A DNA stretch of 56,292 nt, filler included, from Sphacelaria rigidula (lineage: Eukaryota): NCBI GenBank assembly GCA_964200075.2. It is 6 parts of 6 records of this genome, joined end to end, with 100 filler letters (N's around TTAATTAATTAA, not from the genome) between each part and the next. Parts side by side here need not be neighbours in the genome. Positions count along the whole stretch, not along the records: positions 1 to 9,300 come from CAXNAA020008807.1; positions 9,401 to 18,700 come from CAXNAA020008808.1; 4 more parts are not named here. The stretch is one strand, 5' to 3'. Numbering within the stretch: the first letter of the stretch is position 1; every line of letters begins with the position of its first letter. Position numbers and translations under genes: made by a program. Shown piece after piece: positions 1 to 11,673 of this stretch. The notes beneath the pieces are model-generated. The model worked only from the letters and a program-made list of their open reading frames with translations, had not been told where the DNA came from and did not search any database.

Positions 1-221
1 TGTGCCGTTTTTCGTGGGGTTAGTGGTTGTGGCAGTCACCGCGCCCGACTTTGGGGGGGGGGGGGGGGGGCTGGATAAAATGAAAACGAGCTTTGGAGCT
101 TAACGCTTGTACGTGTGCAGGTATGCATATGATCTCAAATTTTCTAGGTTCAAGATCGTCGAAGAGCCATGATAATTATTTGCCCGTCGGGTTGCTGACT
201 CCTCCACTCAAGTCAAACATC

Positions 222-375
222 ACGAGCAGTGACTCGAGTGCTCGCCTCATCATTTTTTTCGACAACGAGCAATGACTCAAGTACTCACCCCATTATTTTT
301 TCCACAACGAGCAATGACTCGAGTGCTCGCCCCATCATTTTTCCATAACGAGCAATGACTCCAGTGCTTACCCTC
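222..375 (+). repeat. Minisatellite, about 3.7 copies of a 41-43 bp unit
   Basis: Units ACGAGCARTGACTCNAGTRCTYRCC...TTTTTCCACA start at 222, 265, 307 and 348. Confidence 0.9.
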
Positions 376-805
376 TTGACTTTTACGGCCAACGAGTGCG
401 AGTGTCACGAGCCACACTCGTGCTCGTCCGACGTGTGTATTTTGTAAATTGGAATACTGTACGCCAAGTGCAGTTACCGTACTGTATCATGAAATGTTTT
501 CGGCGGATAAGCTGCTGTCGGCGAAGTTTTTCACTCTGTGCTGTACCGTTGAGTTCACGTACATCATTCTCACACGATATGGGTTGATCCATGCAGATGA
601 TATCTGCTATGCGTCACTCCAGTGGCAACTCCGCATTTTCCCCATCGCTGCGCACACGGATGTCTTGACTGTTGGCATCATTTCAGTTGGAATCATTTCA
701 GTAGGATAAGGCACGATTTGACCGCCTCGAGGTCAACGGACGCGACACATGAAATACTTGTCGGATGATACCCGTATATTACTGCACAAGCGAGGCGTCA
801 ACCTA

Positions 806-1331
806 CTTCCTCTGTCCCATAAGTAAAGGTATCTAAACTTGTACAGGCCGTTAACGATGTCCGATCGTATTCTTCTTGTTTCGATGAACTCTACGGTGTT
901 TTTGGGGTTAAGAAAATGTGTTCAAAATTTGCAGCTGGTGCTTGAACCATGCCGCCGAACGGCTGCAAAAAAAGTAGTCGGGCCAAAAATGGCCGTTTTT
1001 TTGCCCCTTTTCGAGGGATTAAAAAGTGTCACGTATCTTTCTTCAAGTTTTTTTAATGGCGTGGGACTTCCTGGCAGCAAGCCCCAGTGAAGGCGGGGGC
1101 GATAAAAAAAAATCGACCTTTCCTTCCCCTCGGAAAGGGAAAAAAAAGGCCATTTTTGGGTCGGCTACTTTTTTTGCAGATCGGCGGCATGGTTCAAGCA
1201 CGAGCTGCAAATTTTCAACACATTTTCTTAACCCAGATAACACCGTACAGTTCTTCAAAACAAAAAAGACGATCGGACATCGTTAAGGGCCCGTACAAAT
1301 GTAGGTACCTTTACTTATGAGACAGAGGAAG
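806..1331. mobile_element. Stowaway-like (Tc1/mariner) MITE with long inverted arms
   Basis: TA|CTTCCTCTGTCCCATAAGTAAAGGT ... ACCTTTACTTATGAGACAGAGGAAG|TA; TA duplication at 804-805 and 1332-1333; arms of about 220 bp mirror each other, which also explains the mirrored ORFs 839-1090(+) and 1043-1258(-). Confidence 0.85.
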
Positions 1332-3687
1332 TATGAGGCGTCGCTTCGTATTGATTCACTTTACATGATCGTACGATGGGCCGTGCATAGTAGATAACTT
1401 GGTATCGCACAAAGAACGGTAGCACTGGGCCGCCCACCTGAGTCGCCCTGCATCCGCCCTTACATTCTTGCGCGATCAAATGTTTTGAAGGATTGGTTGG
1501 TGAAAACGGCCGTGATACTATATTTCATGATCTGAAGAGGTGAGGATTGCTGCAGATACGCGGCAGGGAGGTGGGCTGTCTCCAGGGACAAATGGATAGA
1601 TACCTGAAGCCCAACTGCTTGGGTCACCTGTTGTACAATACATGACAGTACATCAAAATCAAGACGACGACGGGTATGTACCACATGCACCGACAAGAAC
1701 CTGAATCTGCAGTTGAGGTGCTGGGATCATGCGTAGAGGCGGTGCGTACAACACGTACAGGAGATATACTCCCGCGTGTCGATGTACCATGTCTTCTGCA
1801 AACAAGTATTGGGAACGCAAAACTGACAAGGTTTCCACTCACCCTGGGGTGTGATTTGAAACGTTCATGTACAGTCAGAATACCCAGGCTTCAGGACTGA
1901 CCTCTCGAGGTGATTGGACGACACGGAAATTCCAGTTCGAAACAGACTGAGCAGCACATGTGACACCCACAAGGTGATAGCTGCTCTCAGTGCATCAGAC
2001 GGGGTGGGACTCGAGTGGGGGAGTGGACAGCAGAGTACTGTACTGATGTGTCGTCATCGTACGTTCCAGCGGCCACCATGTACGTCCAGAGACTGGTGTC
2101 GTACTCGTGAAGCAGTACTACTACTACTGTGCTCTGCATTTTTACCGATTTGACAGTCCGTGGCAGGTGATGGGCGCATGTTCGTATACGTGGCGAATAC
2201 AATTACGAGTGACAGAACTGTTCAAATATGAATACAGCGTGGTGTATCGCTTTTGAGTTCGCCGATATAACTTGTTAATACGTAGATTTGGCAAACAGCT
2301 GGTGGCAGGTGCGAGCCAGTCCGCTATTTCACACAACAGTGCGATCGCACTCGGCAGTTCGTCAGGTGTAGGGATACAACCGGACCTGAACTACTGCAGT
2401 TGTCTGCGCAGTCGATAATTCCACCGCATATTTTGAGAACGTCCTCACCTGCCACATCCCCAACAGATAAAATCGCACATAAGACGACCGCCAGGCACCT
2501 GGCGCGTATCGCAGAAGTAACCACCACCATTTTTCTATTGTACCGTTTACACTGTCGTGGATATCACTACTGTTGTGGTTGTGATCTGAAGTATCGCAAA
2601 TTGTGATACTGGCATGGCGCGGTTGTTGAGTATACGGCTGGTGTCAGAATGATGAATGACACCAGCGTCTCGTCAGAGGCCAAAAATCGCTGGCAGGTTA
2701 GGAATTGATGAAATTCAAGGAGGCGTTTTGTTGTTCTGGATATACACTTTATTTATCTCTCTTCTCATCTCTACGCTGTACGGTGCAGGGTGGAGTTGCT
2801 GTACCACATGACACCCAAACGGTAGCAACACATCTTCACATCTTCTCGGATCTCATGCTGTTTGCACTGTTCTATACTGTGGGTCTACGCAATAGCTGTG
2901 CGAGTAACCTGTGTGTTTTGAGATAGATTGAGTGGTCGCGGGGAAGAACAAAAGTATGTGCGATCGTCTGGAGTCACAATTGTTGTACAGAAATGAGGGG
3001 GGGGCGGAAGAAACGAACTGACGGGACTGTCATTACCGGAGCAAACGAGCGTGTACGAGTACCAGGTATGATACATGATATACTGAGTTGGTTCGCAGCT
3101 TGATTGGTGATTGGTACATATGATGCGGGTAAACTACATATTGCGCCGCTTCGCTCACCGATGAGCACCCTAAAGGACGCGCAATCGTGTTTGGAGACGA
3201 AGGGGAAATTCTCAAACACTGGTGAACGGGTGTGGTTTTCAACGAGAGAACCACCTGACACGGCCGCAAGCTGCTGTGCTTCGGGCGTTTCCCCCGCTTA
3301 CATCACTGCTGGCATGGTGCACACGTGTTACCTCCCACGGGCATCCCCTTTCAGTCCCCGCAACAGCAAATTGTAGAGGGCGAGGCCACGAGGCCACGAG
3401 GCCACACGACATACCGAAACTCTACCCCATACTACAGTGTATCAACATTGCAGTAGTATATTAACAACACCTCCCGTCACCTTGCGGTACCATCATGTGA
3501 GCGCTATTCAGGACATTCGCCCTACGCTGCGAAAGTACCAGTTTCGCCATGATTGTCAGCAGCCCAAGCACAAGTCAGTATTGATGACAGCAGTGTCGGC
3601 GACAGCAGTCCTTGTTGTCGTACAACGTACAGTTGTCGGGATAGTTTTTCATACATTTCTGAGAGCACATTGTTTGCTGTGCTGTAG

Positions 3688-3983
3688 GGTACTTTTGTCC
3701 AGATGCTTGAGCACCATCCGCGAGGTGGTAAGCGGAAGCTCTCTGTAGATGACGCCCCTGCAGCGATATACCGTCAGCTCGCCACGAGTTCGCCCGTCGA
3801 CATCACGCTGCCCCCGAAGCAAAGGGAAAGGATTAAACACATTTCAGCACTACGATACACTGCGTATTCGGGTAGCAAAGGATTGGCCCCAGTGCTGCTG
3901 CCTTCGTCGTCTGAGCGCGGTTTGGACGCTCCAGCTAAGATCTCTAGCTCGGGGCTAGCTCAGAAACGCCGTCTTAGGAAGGG
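3688..3983 (+). CDS. Candidate upstream exon of the EF-hand protein gene
   Basis: CTGTAG acceptor, open frame GTFVQMLEHHPRGG...KRRLRK, GG|GTGAGG donor (phase 2) compatible with the next exon; no domain recognised. Confidence 0.4.
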
Positions 3984-4572
3984 GTGAGGGACAGGAAAGA
4001 GAGAAAGAGAGATAATCAAGTAAGATAACCACTCACTCGGAGAGACGGGCGTATGGGCAGAAAGACGGGTAGAGGGGCAAATAAACAGACAAATAGTCAC
4101 ACACACACAAAGGGGGAGGTGGGCACAGCGACAAATTCTCAACGTCGAGATGGAGATGTAGTTTTTGCCTTGAAAAGAAACGGAGGCCGAGGGCGATAAC
4201 ATTTACCCCATCGTTGATGGCACGAGGAAGAATGCTCAGGCCATAAACATTGTGTGTTGCTTTCTACCAGGGCAAATATGATGTTCCAGGAGTTGGCCGC
4301 TGGAGATACACGATGAAATAGCACCGCGCGAACACTCGTAAGCAATAATGTATGAAAATATTCGAATGCGTTGTTTAGCAGTGCTACCAGCTACCCACTA
4401 TCTACCGTCCCCGGATTCGCTCCACCGGGATCCTTCCTGCCTTGACATCGGTCACCTTCATCACGGTGACATCTTCAGCTGTACCTTGTCTGCGCTTTCC
4501 CACCCCATGCATTGCCACGACTCCAACGCGTCATCGTGTGCGCATCACAACCGATGTTATTCGAATAATAAG

Positions 4573-4786
4573 AGATGGCATGACCAAGGCGGAGTTAATC
4601 AACGCCACGAGAAGAGTGGTGCTGCTATCGTCGGTGAAACGCACTCAACATCGAGCAATGGTCGGGATGGAACGTGCACAGCAAAAAGGGCTCGGGCAGG
4701 GGGTATCGTACGGTGCGGTACCCAACAACAGATACGACAACGACCAAGATGATGGCAGCGATTCGCTCGACGAGCTACACGTTCCT

Positions 4787-4835
<49 letters not shown>

Positions 4836-5217
4836 GGCAGCAGCAACGGCGGAGTGTTGTTGTGCCTCATTCAAACACAGCCTCCACTAGCTACAGTAGC
4901 AAAAACACACTCGGAGGCGACAATGTTGCTACTGCAGGTACGAAAGACATTTGGCATCGGGCCTACTGCTGCACGTTGCCATTTTCCGCCCTCGGCAAAC
5001 TTGTTGGAGCAACGGCTAAGGTGACGGGCTCCCTGGATCACGGAAGCACCGACAGCTTGGTAGGAACCGTCGTGAGTCCTCAGTACGCTGAAGATGGTAT
5101 TTGGCCAGCAGGTGACCCTCAAGACGGTCGCCACCGCAGAATAGAAGAGAGCAATGTGATATCGCTAGACTCGTCGGCGTTGACAGGCGACAGTGAGGCC
5201 AGCGCGGACAACAACAA
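4573..5217 (+). CDS. Low-complexity polyQ-containing exon of the EF-hand protein gene
   Basis: Lies inside ORF 4442-5410; weak AAG acceptor (phase 2); AA|GTACGT donor (phase 2) matches the exon at 6535. Confidence 0.55.
4790..4846 (+). repeat. (CAG)14 microsatellite encoding Q15-R-Q3
   Basis: Directly visible; in frame in the predicted exon. Confidence 0.95.
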
Positions 5218-5233
5218 GTACGTACCGGCTTAC

Positions 5234-5505
5234 GAGCAATGCTACGGTAGGTTTGCACATTTTGTTTCTGGATCTCTTTTTTGTAGGAACACAAATATAT
5301 GGGACTCACTGTGCAACCCAAATCTCCGGGGACCGGACTCCCAGAAACATGGTGTTTGCACGCAGGGGTCTTTTCGTGAATCGGCATCATTTCCGATCTT
5401 TTTCAAGTAAATGATGTCGATTCACAGAAAGACCCGTCCAATACCCCGAGCAGCCCCGAGAAACCTTTTCGCTTAAAAACTTCAGCCCCTACCGTAGCAC
5501 CACTC
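5234..5505. mobile_element. MITE with GAG...CTC ends (family S, Sola-like termini)
   Basis: GAGCAATGCTACGGTAGG ... CCTACCGTAGCACCACTC; near 4-bp TSD TTAC/TCAC; same TIR at 28200-28458, 31996 and 32794-33050. Confidence 0.75.
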
Positions 5506-5763
5506 TCACGTAAATTTGCATTATCTGTGATGCCCGAATCATCACACAACCCTGATGAAAAAATGAGTGGCGGCTTCTGGGAGTGGGCGGAGGACAAGGA
5601 GTGAGTATGTGTCATCGACCACCGATCTCTTGAGAAAAGTACGCGCCTGTGAGGGGTTATGTTTCATGCCCGGCAAAACCATCTTCGGCGCTCTGGTGAG
5701 GAGTAAGCCCATGTCAAGTGCGTCACGTCGTTTTCTGGTGACGGAATTTTTGTGGTTTGTTGT

Positions 5764-6263
5764 TCAATGTCAGGCCGGATGTTATGGCACAAAGATTTTT
5801 GGCCCACGGATTGTTCACTTTTGGGACGTTTGATCCACGTTTTGACCCCTCAACAGGCAAAATCGCCAACACACGTCTTCGACACTTTGCATCGCCCCAC
5901 AGAAAGGAGCCTAGCCCACTTTTCAGATTCGCTTGCCTCCAAGGTTTTGAGAGTGGTCGCTGAACAATACTCCGTGTGCAATAAAATCTACGGCGATCGC
6001 CACAGGTTATTAAGCGAACTGCCGCGTGTTGGCAAGCACAGATTATTGGACACGAATTATTGTTCAGCGGCCAATCTCGAAACCTCGGAGTCGAGCGAAT
6101 CTGGAAAGCAGGCTAGGCTTCTCTCTGTCGGGTTATGCGAAGTGTCCGACACCTGTGTTGGCGATTTTCCCTGTTTGGGGGTCAAAAAAATGGGTCAAAG
6201 GTACCAAACGTGAACAATCCGTTGGCCAAAAATCTGTTTGTCATAACATCTGGCCTTCGCTGT
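5764..6263. mobile_element. Foldback/MITE with about 220 bp inverted arms (intronic)
   Basis: AGGCCGGATGTTATGGCACAAAGATTTTTGGCCCACGGATTGTTCAC is mirrored by GTGAACAATCCGTTGGCCAAAAATCTGTTTGTCATAACATCTGGCCT; symmetry continues inward to about 5990/6040. Confidence 0.85.
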
Positions 6264-6534
6264 ACATTATTTGCAATTTGTTGTTCGTTGTTCGTTTTTC
6301 GATGTTCGTCATAGTAGGAGTTGCAGTTGTTGGTATTGTTGCTGATGTTTGTGGCGGTGGCGGTGGCAGTGGTGGTGGTGGTGTTTACTGTTGTAGTTGG
6401 TGGTAATCGTGATGGCATTTCCGTTGTTCTCAATGACAGAGATAACTGCGATGGTGGTGCTAGCTACGACGTCGATGAGATGTCGACGACATCCTCATTT
6501 CATCTTATACACATGTCCCTCCGTATCCCTGCAG

Positions 6535-6587
6535 CGCTGCCTCATTGAGCCTGGCCGATCTTCGACAAGTTGACGAATCCCTCGCAG
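6535..6587 (+). CDS. 53-nt exon of the EF-hand protein gene
   Basis: CCCTGCAG acceptor and CAG|GTAAGA donor; reads AASLSLADLRQVDESLA; phase 2 in and phase 1 out bridges the neighbouring exons exactly. Confidence 0.65.
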
Positions 6588-6923
6588 GTAAGATGGATGC
6601 ACCCATTCCAGATAATGCTAGGTCTAGATTGAATATCACTGCCATCATTCAGTTGACGTCATACGTGTATTCCATGACTGCTACCGTCGTGAGTAGGAAG
6701 TCGACCGGCTTTGGTCTATCTATACAAGATACAGTACATCACCCCTTCAACTGCATTGAATAATTGGAACCATTTTCCGGCTGCGTGGGAGAAAGAACGT
6801 ACTGTACGCATTACATGCTTCGCACAGCTTGGGAAAACATCCTCTACAGCTACCCACCCATCCAGACACACGTCAGCAATGACGAAAATATCTCCTCGAT
6901 GCTACAACCACCCCCGCCACGTC

Positions 6924-7058
6924 TAACACACCACGGTGCTTCACGCTTGGTGATTGATTTTGAGTCTGGTCCGGCGAAAACCCGGCGTGCTCCGTTCCGG
7001 CTTTGTAGGGATGAGAGGCCAACGGTCATATGACTATGGTATGCAAGATCGTGAGTAC
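6924..7058 (+). mobile_element. Family A 5'-truncated retroposon-like copy with C-rich TSD
   Basis: Ends TATGACTATGGTATGCAAGATCGTGAGTAC then a C-run; CCCCCGCCACGTC is duplicated at 6911-6923 and 7068-7080. Confidence 0.75.
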
Positions 7059-7141
7059 CCCCCTCCCCCCCCGCCACGTCGCAGTGCACCAGACGATGAA
7101 ATCCCCCGCCCCGCATCCCTCCTCCCCCACAAAACGCTCAG

Positions 7142-7413
7142 GCTTACGCGGGAAAAATGGGGCCCTTCCTCGGCGAAGCGCCGCTCGTGGTCGACTGGCC
7201 GCGGCACGGATAGACGCAATCATTCGAGTACTCGCGCAAGAACTTTCACCCCGCCTTGGGGGTAGCAACGGAGGTGGCGGCAGCCGCGACGGCGGTCGAT
7301 TGGGAGACTTTGGCGGGGTGGAGGAAGGCAGTGGCGTGATGTTGAGCGTGTCAGCGATCAATGATGTCATTACGTTCCTCGACATGGACGAATCAGGGGA
7401 AATCGACTTCAAG
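7142..7413 (+). CDS. EF-hand protein exon (first EF loop DMDESGEIDFK|E)
   Basis: CTCAG acceptor, AAG|GTGGTT donor; the canonical 12-residue EF loop is completed by the first codon (E) of the next exon. Confidence 0.85.
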
Positions 7414-7889
7414 GTGGTTCGTTGTGTTCTAATTCCAGCGCTCGAATACGCGGAGGTGGTAGTAGGTGGTCCAACTCCCGCCTGGCTGCGGTCCCGTAGA
7501 TGACAGCAGTTTTTCCTCGTAATTGTCTCATCCGCAGGATTGAAATTTACCAAATCGAAAATCTGGCCCACCGCTTGACCGGTGAATGGTAAACTATAAA
7601 CGCGTTTTCACTCTCGGTGTCCTGCCATGGATTCTCTCTGCGAAACACGAACTCCGCGGATCACGTGGCCGGTACAAGAAAAATTACGTCTTTGCTGTCG
7701 CTTCAAACGAGAGCGTGAACGATGTTACAAGCGGCACTTTTACTTGCCGTCGCACATGCACACGCACTCTGTATTCCACGAAATATCTCGTTTGTCATAC
7801 GTCTGACAATGCCAACGTGTACTACAAACGATGCTCACCAATTTTGTGTTCCGTTGAACCAGCACTAAACAGCCCGTCGTCTCTTGCAG

Positions 7890-8021
7890 GAGCTGAAGGT
7901 GGCCATGAGCGCTGCGAAGCGGGGTCAGTTGTCCGATCCCGAACTGACTCGATCCATTCTCAAGATCAACGACGCTCTCCGACTCAGACACCTGAGGCTT
8001 TTCGATGTATTCCGACTTCTG
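7890..8021 (+). CDS. EF-hand protein exon (ELKVAM...LFDVFRLL)
   Basis: TCTTGCAG acceptor, CTG|GTGAGC donor, 132 nt, phase 0-0; supplies the exit helix of EF1 and the entry helix of EF2. Confidence 0.85.
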
Positions 8022-8863
8022 GTGAGCGTGCCACAAAAGGAGCGGCATACCATACGCTACGGTCAACAGCGAAGAACCGCCCCTTCATCGTCTCGTGGGG
8101 CTTCGTATCGATCTTATTCACGCCGCATTTTGACGGTTTCTACTCGTCCGTAGTGGCGAACGCACGTATGCAGCTGGATTGAACCCTTCCTTACCAAGTT
8201 AGGATGGCATGGTGTGAAAAACGTGAACAGCCACGACAGCGACTCGGTGCCACTGCGAACCGTGTTTCACGGGAATGTCGTGGTTCCTTACCTGACGCGC
8301 AGGTTTTCCGAACCGCACTGCTGGACCGAGAAGTCGTTACACGGTAGGGCGGAGTGTGAATTGTAGCCCGGAACGACAGGGTTCGTGGGCGAGATGTACC
8401 GCACAACGCAATATATCTCTATGTGCGTTCTCGCGAGGTAAAGCGTCGTCAAGCCACCCACACGTTGGCAGATATATATCGGCATCAAGGGCATTATGAG
8501 CGTTCCTCAGTGCTCCAAGAAATTTCTTAAAATGACTACTCTTGGGCAAAACTATAAAATGATCACGTGCGGCCCGGCCCCCCCTCTCACCCACTACAGT
8601 TGTATGGCTCCGAGGGAAAACCATATTTTGCTCCGTACATGCTATTTTCGTCAGTAATGCTACGTGCGGGGCAGCGCAGATGATATCCGCACCGTTCCCA
8701 CATATTGGGGGTATTTCAGTAAAAAAGGTATGACGAAACATCTTCAGGACTCTTGTTCACCGAACGCTCTGAGCCCTACCCTCGGCTATACCTCCCCGCA
8801 GCTAAAGCGTGATCATCCGAATATTGTTGCCCCGCCCGCGCCGGCGACTCCTTTGCTCCGCAG

Positions 8864-8937
8864 GACGTGGACGGCAACGGTACCCTATCGCATCAAGAGC
8901 TGTCCGAGGGATTGAGCGTGCTGTGCGGACACGATAG
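8864..8937 (+). CDS. EF-hand protein exon (second EF loop DVDGNGTLSHQE); gene continues beyond the contig
   Basis: CTCCGCAG acceptor, AG|GTACGT donor; canonical DxDxNGxLxxxE loop. Confidence 0.85.
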
Positions 8938-9224
8938 GTACGTACAATACCCAATAGCACACACGTATTTACCGGCGTCCTCCCGGGTTGTTCGTGTCGC
9001 AATCAAGAAAAAAGGTCTATCTATTCTACATCGCTATAAGAGTGATGAGCGATTACACGGTATCTTCCTGTGTGCGTTTTCACAACCACGCTGCCTTTGT
9101 GTTCACGTCACCTTCTGAGCGCCTCTTGTGACACACCCATTCAAAGTTCTGGAACATGACCAGTATCTCGAGTCCTCACACCAAACCTGCTTGCTTGGAC
9201 GTTCGCTTGTGCCCCCCCCCCCCC

Positions 9225-9300
9225 CAGACACCCATGAGGCAGTGTATAGGCTGTGGTTGTCTCGGGAAGTGGCGATACCAGATAATAAAGCAACTCATTG
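9225..9300 (+). mobile_element. Family A copy cut by the contig end
   Basis: Follows a pure C-run; homologous to about 40360-40435 and shares CAGATAATAAAGCAACTCATTG with 37432-37453. Confidence 0.7.
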
Positions 9301-9400
9301 NNNNNNNNNNNNNNNNNNNNNNNNNNNNNNNNNNNNNNNNNNNNTTAATTAATTAANNNNNNNNNNNNNNNNNNNNNNNNNNNNNNNNNNNNNNNNNNNN
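9301..9400. other. Artificial contig linker (N44-TTAATTAATTAA-N44)
   Basis: Same 100-nt spacer occurs five times and has stops in all six frames; flanking contigs are 9300, 9300, 9299, 9298, 9298 and 9297 nt, i.e. length-sorted. Confidence 0.99.
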
Positions 9401-9470
9401 CACATACACCGAAAGGTGTAGACTGGTGCCCAGAATAAATGGGACGACAACACACACAACACACAACACA
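9401..9470 (+). mobile_element. 3' end of a tRNA-derived SINE
   Basis: CACATACACCGAAAGGTGTAGACTGGTGCCCAGAATAAATGGGACGACAACACAC matches 54262-54325, followed by an (ACAC) tail. Confidence 0.85.
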
Positions 9471-10261
9471 AAAATGGAAGCTCTTTACGACTATACCAAT
9501 CTGTGTTGCAACAACAAGTTGGGACCGTGGCTATACTCTACAGTAGACACGGCAGCAGGTCAATACAGCTTATGGAAAACCAGACTAACAAATAACCCAA
9601 GAAGACGCACGTCAAATTCGACGTCCATATTATGGAGAAGACGCTTTTCGACCTCATGGCACCCTATCCAGTGGTGCCCAGAAACGGATTTCTTACATAC
9701 AAACCCTTTTTCTTCATTTTCGGCCCTCCAGGGGACATACCAAGTCCTAAACAAACTATTCATACACTAATTCGTAAACAACACGAGTCACCACATCGAA
9801 GTGAGAGCGGCAAGCAAGTTACTTGAAGGAAGTTCGAGCTAGGCCAGCAATACATCCCGCATTTGCATCTCCAACCATAACTCGTCAAGTTCACCAAATC
9901 AGCTCGACTCGAGCATATCGGCGAAGTTTTGGCGATGATGTTATGGTACTGCATTGAGTATCGTGAATGTCTCGTGTCGTTGTGTGATAGCGTGTCTGAT
10001 GACGTTTCGTGTCACAAAATACGGTGGAATGACGGGGGGGAATTGCGCCGCACAAGCACGCGTTGACTTGACATGCGCAGGCAAAAGCACACTGGTGCGA
10101 GTAGTGCTGGAAGAGGGCATCAATTGTGTCAACAGCTCCATCATGGGAGAGAACCTCCCAGCCGACGGTTGTTCACCACCGTAAGAGGGAGAAGTACCAC
10201 CTGAAGCCGCGCTATACACCCCCTAGATGCAAGGCGCTATGATAGATTATGCGCAAAGCAA

Positions 10262-10337
10262 AATGGTCGTGTCGGGATTCAAACTCGTGACCTCTGTAAT
10301 AAGAGGCGGTTCTACCGGTTTGACTACCGGGTGCCAC
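10262..10337 (-). mobile_element. Degenerate tRNA-like (SINE head) sequence
   Basis: Minus strand shows A-box-like TAGTCAAACCGG and B-box-like GAGTTTGAATCCC at tRNA spacing; no good cloverleaf. Confidence 0.35.
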
Positions 10338-10348
10338 ACGAAAAATTG

Positions 10349-10616
10349 GATGCGGTGGGTAGTTCGAAGAGTTAGGCGCTGAAATTTTGACACATGATTT
10401 TTATCATCACCACTCACAACATTTCTGGAGGTGCATCCGTACTTCTTTTTTTTTTTCACGGAGTTACAGCATTTGTGTGGTTTTTGCAGAAACTTCAAAT
10501 TGCTTTAACTTCCTGGGTTTTTTTTTCAATGCACCTCGAGAAATGTTGTGCGTAGTGATGGAAAAAATGGTGTGTCAAAATTTCAGCGCCCAACTCTTCA
10601 AAATACCCACCGCATC
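10349..10616. mobile_element. Almost fully palindromic MITE/foldback
   Basis: GATGCGGTGGGTAGTTCGAAGAGTTAGGCGCTGAAATTTTGACACA vs TGTGTCAAAATTTCAGCGCCCAACTCTTCAAAATACCCACCGCATC; symmetry runs to the centre at about 10485. Confidence 0.85.
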
Positions 10617-11316
10617 GCCAAAATACATTAAAAAGACACTGTCAGCTGGCCCAGCCTGTATGGATAAAAAAAGCCACTTGATCCTAGCCTAGCTGAGGCC
10701 ATTTACTCAAACTAAGTATGGGTGAAACAAGCCCGTCGATATCGGACTAGTGGAGACGGATCATTCGATCCAGGAGTAAGTGTACGGGAGGGAAGTTCCA
10801 AGAACTGAGTCACTATGAGTGACGTCGCTTGATTAAAGACTAGCCAAGGCCGGTTGCTCGAACTGGCCATAGGTAGGTGGACCAAGTCCTGCACTTGGTG
10901 CTTTGTTGGTGAGGCAAGGTACTTGAACTGAGAACAGCTGCTGCGGCGAGAGAGACTGAAATCTGACGTCCCGTGATTGTTCTGATCAGCTGTATTAACC
11001 ACGAGTACATGCAAAAGACGGCGATAACAACCATTTGTTCGGCCTCGTCCCCTCTGCATTCTTGCATACAAGCAAGCAAGGTATACAGCCGTGGAGCACT
11101 CTATCGTAGATGCTGCGATACATTGTGATGCATCACGATCGAACGACCACATCGAGTCTCGTCTCGTCGCGATACACAGAGTCATCGAAAGAAGCTGTAC
11201 ACTCGTCCAACTGGTCCACCAACGAGAAGGTGTTATTGAGGGGAAAATCATTTATTTTTCCTCCCGCCAGGTCGGAGGAGGTAGTGGGGGAGAAGAGGGA
11301 CCGGGAGGTGGGTGGG

Positions 11317-11510
11317 TGTACTCAGAATCTTATATGCCATAGTCATATCCCCATTGACCTCGCATCCCTACAAAGCCGGGACGGAGTACGCCGGGTTTTC
11401 GCCGGACCAGGCTCGCAATCAATCACCAATCGCGAAGCGCACTGATGTGTTTGGCGAGTCGCATGAAGGGTGAACTGTATCCTGCTGAGATTGTTCGGCC
11501 CGGAGCGTGC
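11317..11510 (-). mobile_element. Family A copy
   Basis: Reverse complement ends TATGACTATGGCATATAAGATTCTGAGTAC then ACCCACCCACC; body aligns to 40470-40655. Confidence 0.75.
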
Positions 11511-11642
11511 TGCTTATTTTGCATATAATGGGCGGCCTCCACATGACAGGGGAGTTGAGGAGGGGCATCCTTGCACCGTCAAATCAATACGTTTCGATGT
11601 ATCATTATCACCATCATCGCCATCGTTATCATCACCATCATC

Positions 11643-11673
11643 CAACAACAACAACAACAACAACAACAACAAC
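11643..11673 (+). repeat. (CAA)n microsatellite
   Basis: Directly visible, about 10 units. Confidence 0.95.

Noticed and set aside
222-375. CRISPR-like array
   Set aside because: Whole units repeat with no unique spacers, no cas genes, eukaryotic context
4442-5410. Single-exon 322-aa gene
   Set aside because: Starts at TTG and the 3' part runs into a MITE (5234-5505); better explained as one internal exon
6850-7116. Conserved small peptide RRVFAGPxSxSITKREAP seen in several ORFs (also 11110-11445 and 40528-40905)
   Set aside because: Reflects DNA homology among family A copies; starts, stops and frames are not conserved
9345-9356. TTAATTAATTAA palindrome recurring about every 9.4 kb
   Set aside because: Synthetic six-frame-stop linker inside N spacers; adjacency across linkers has no biological meaning
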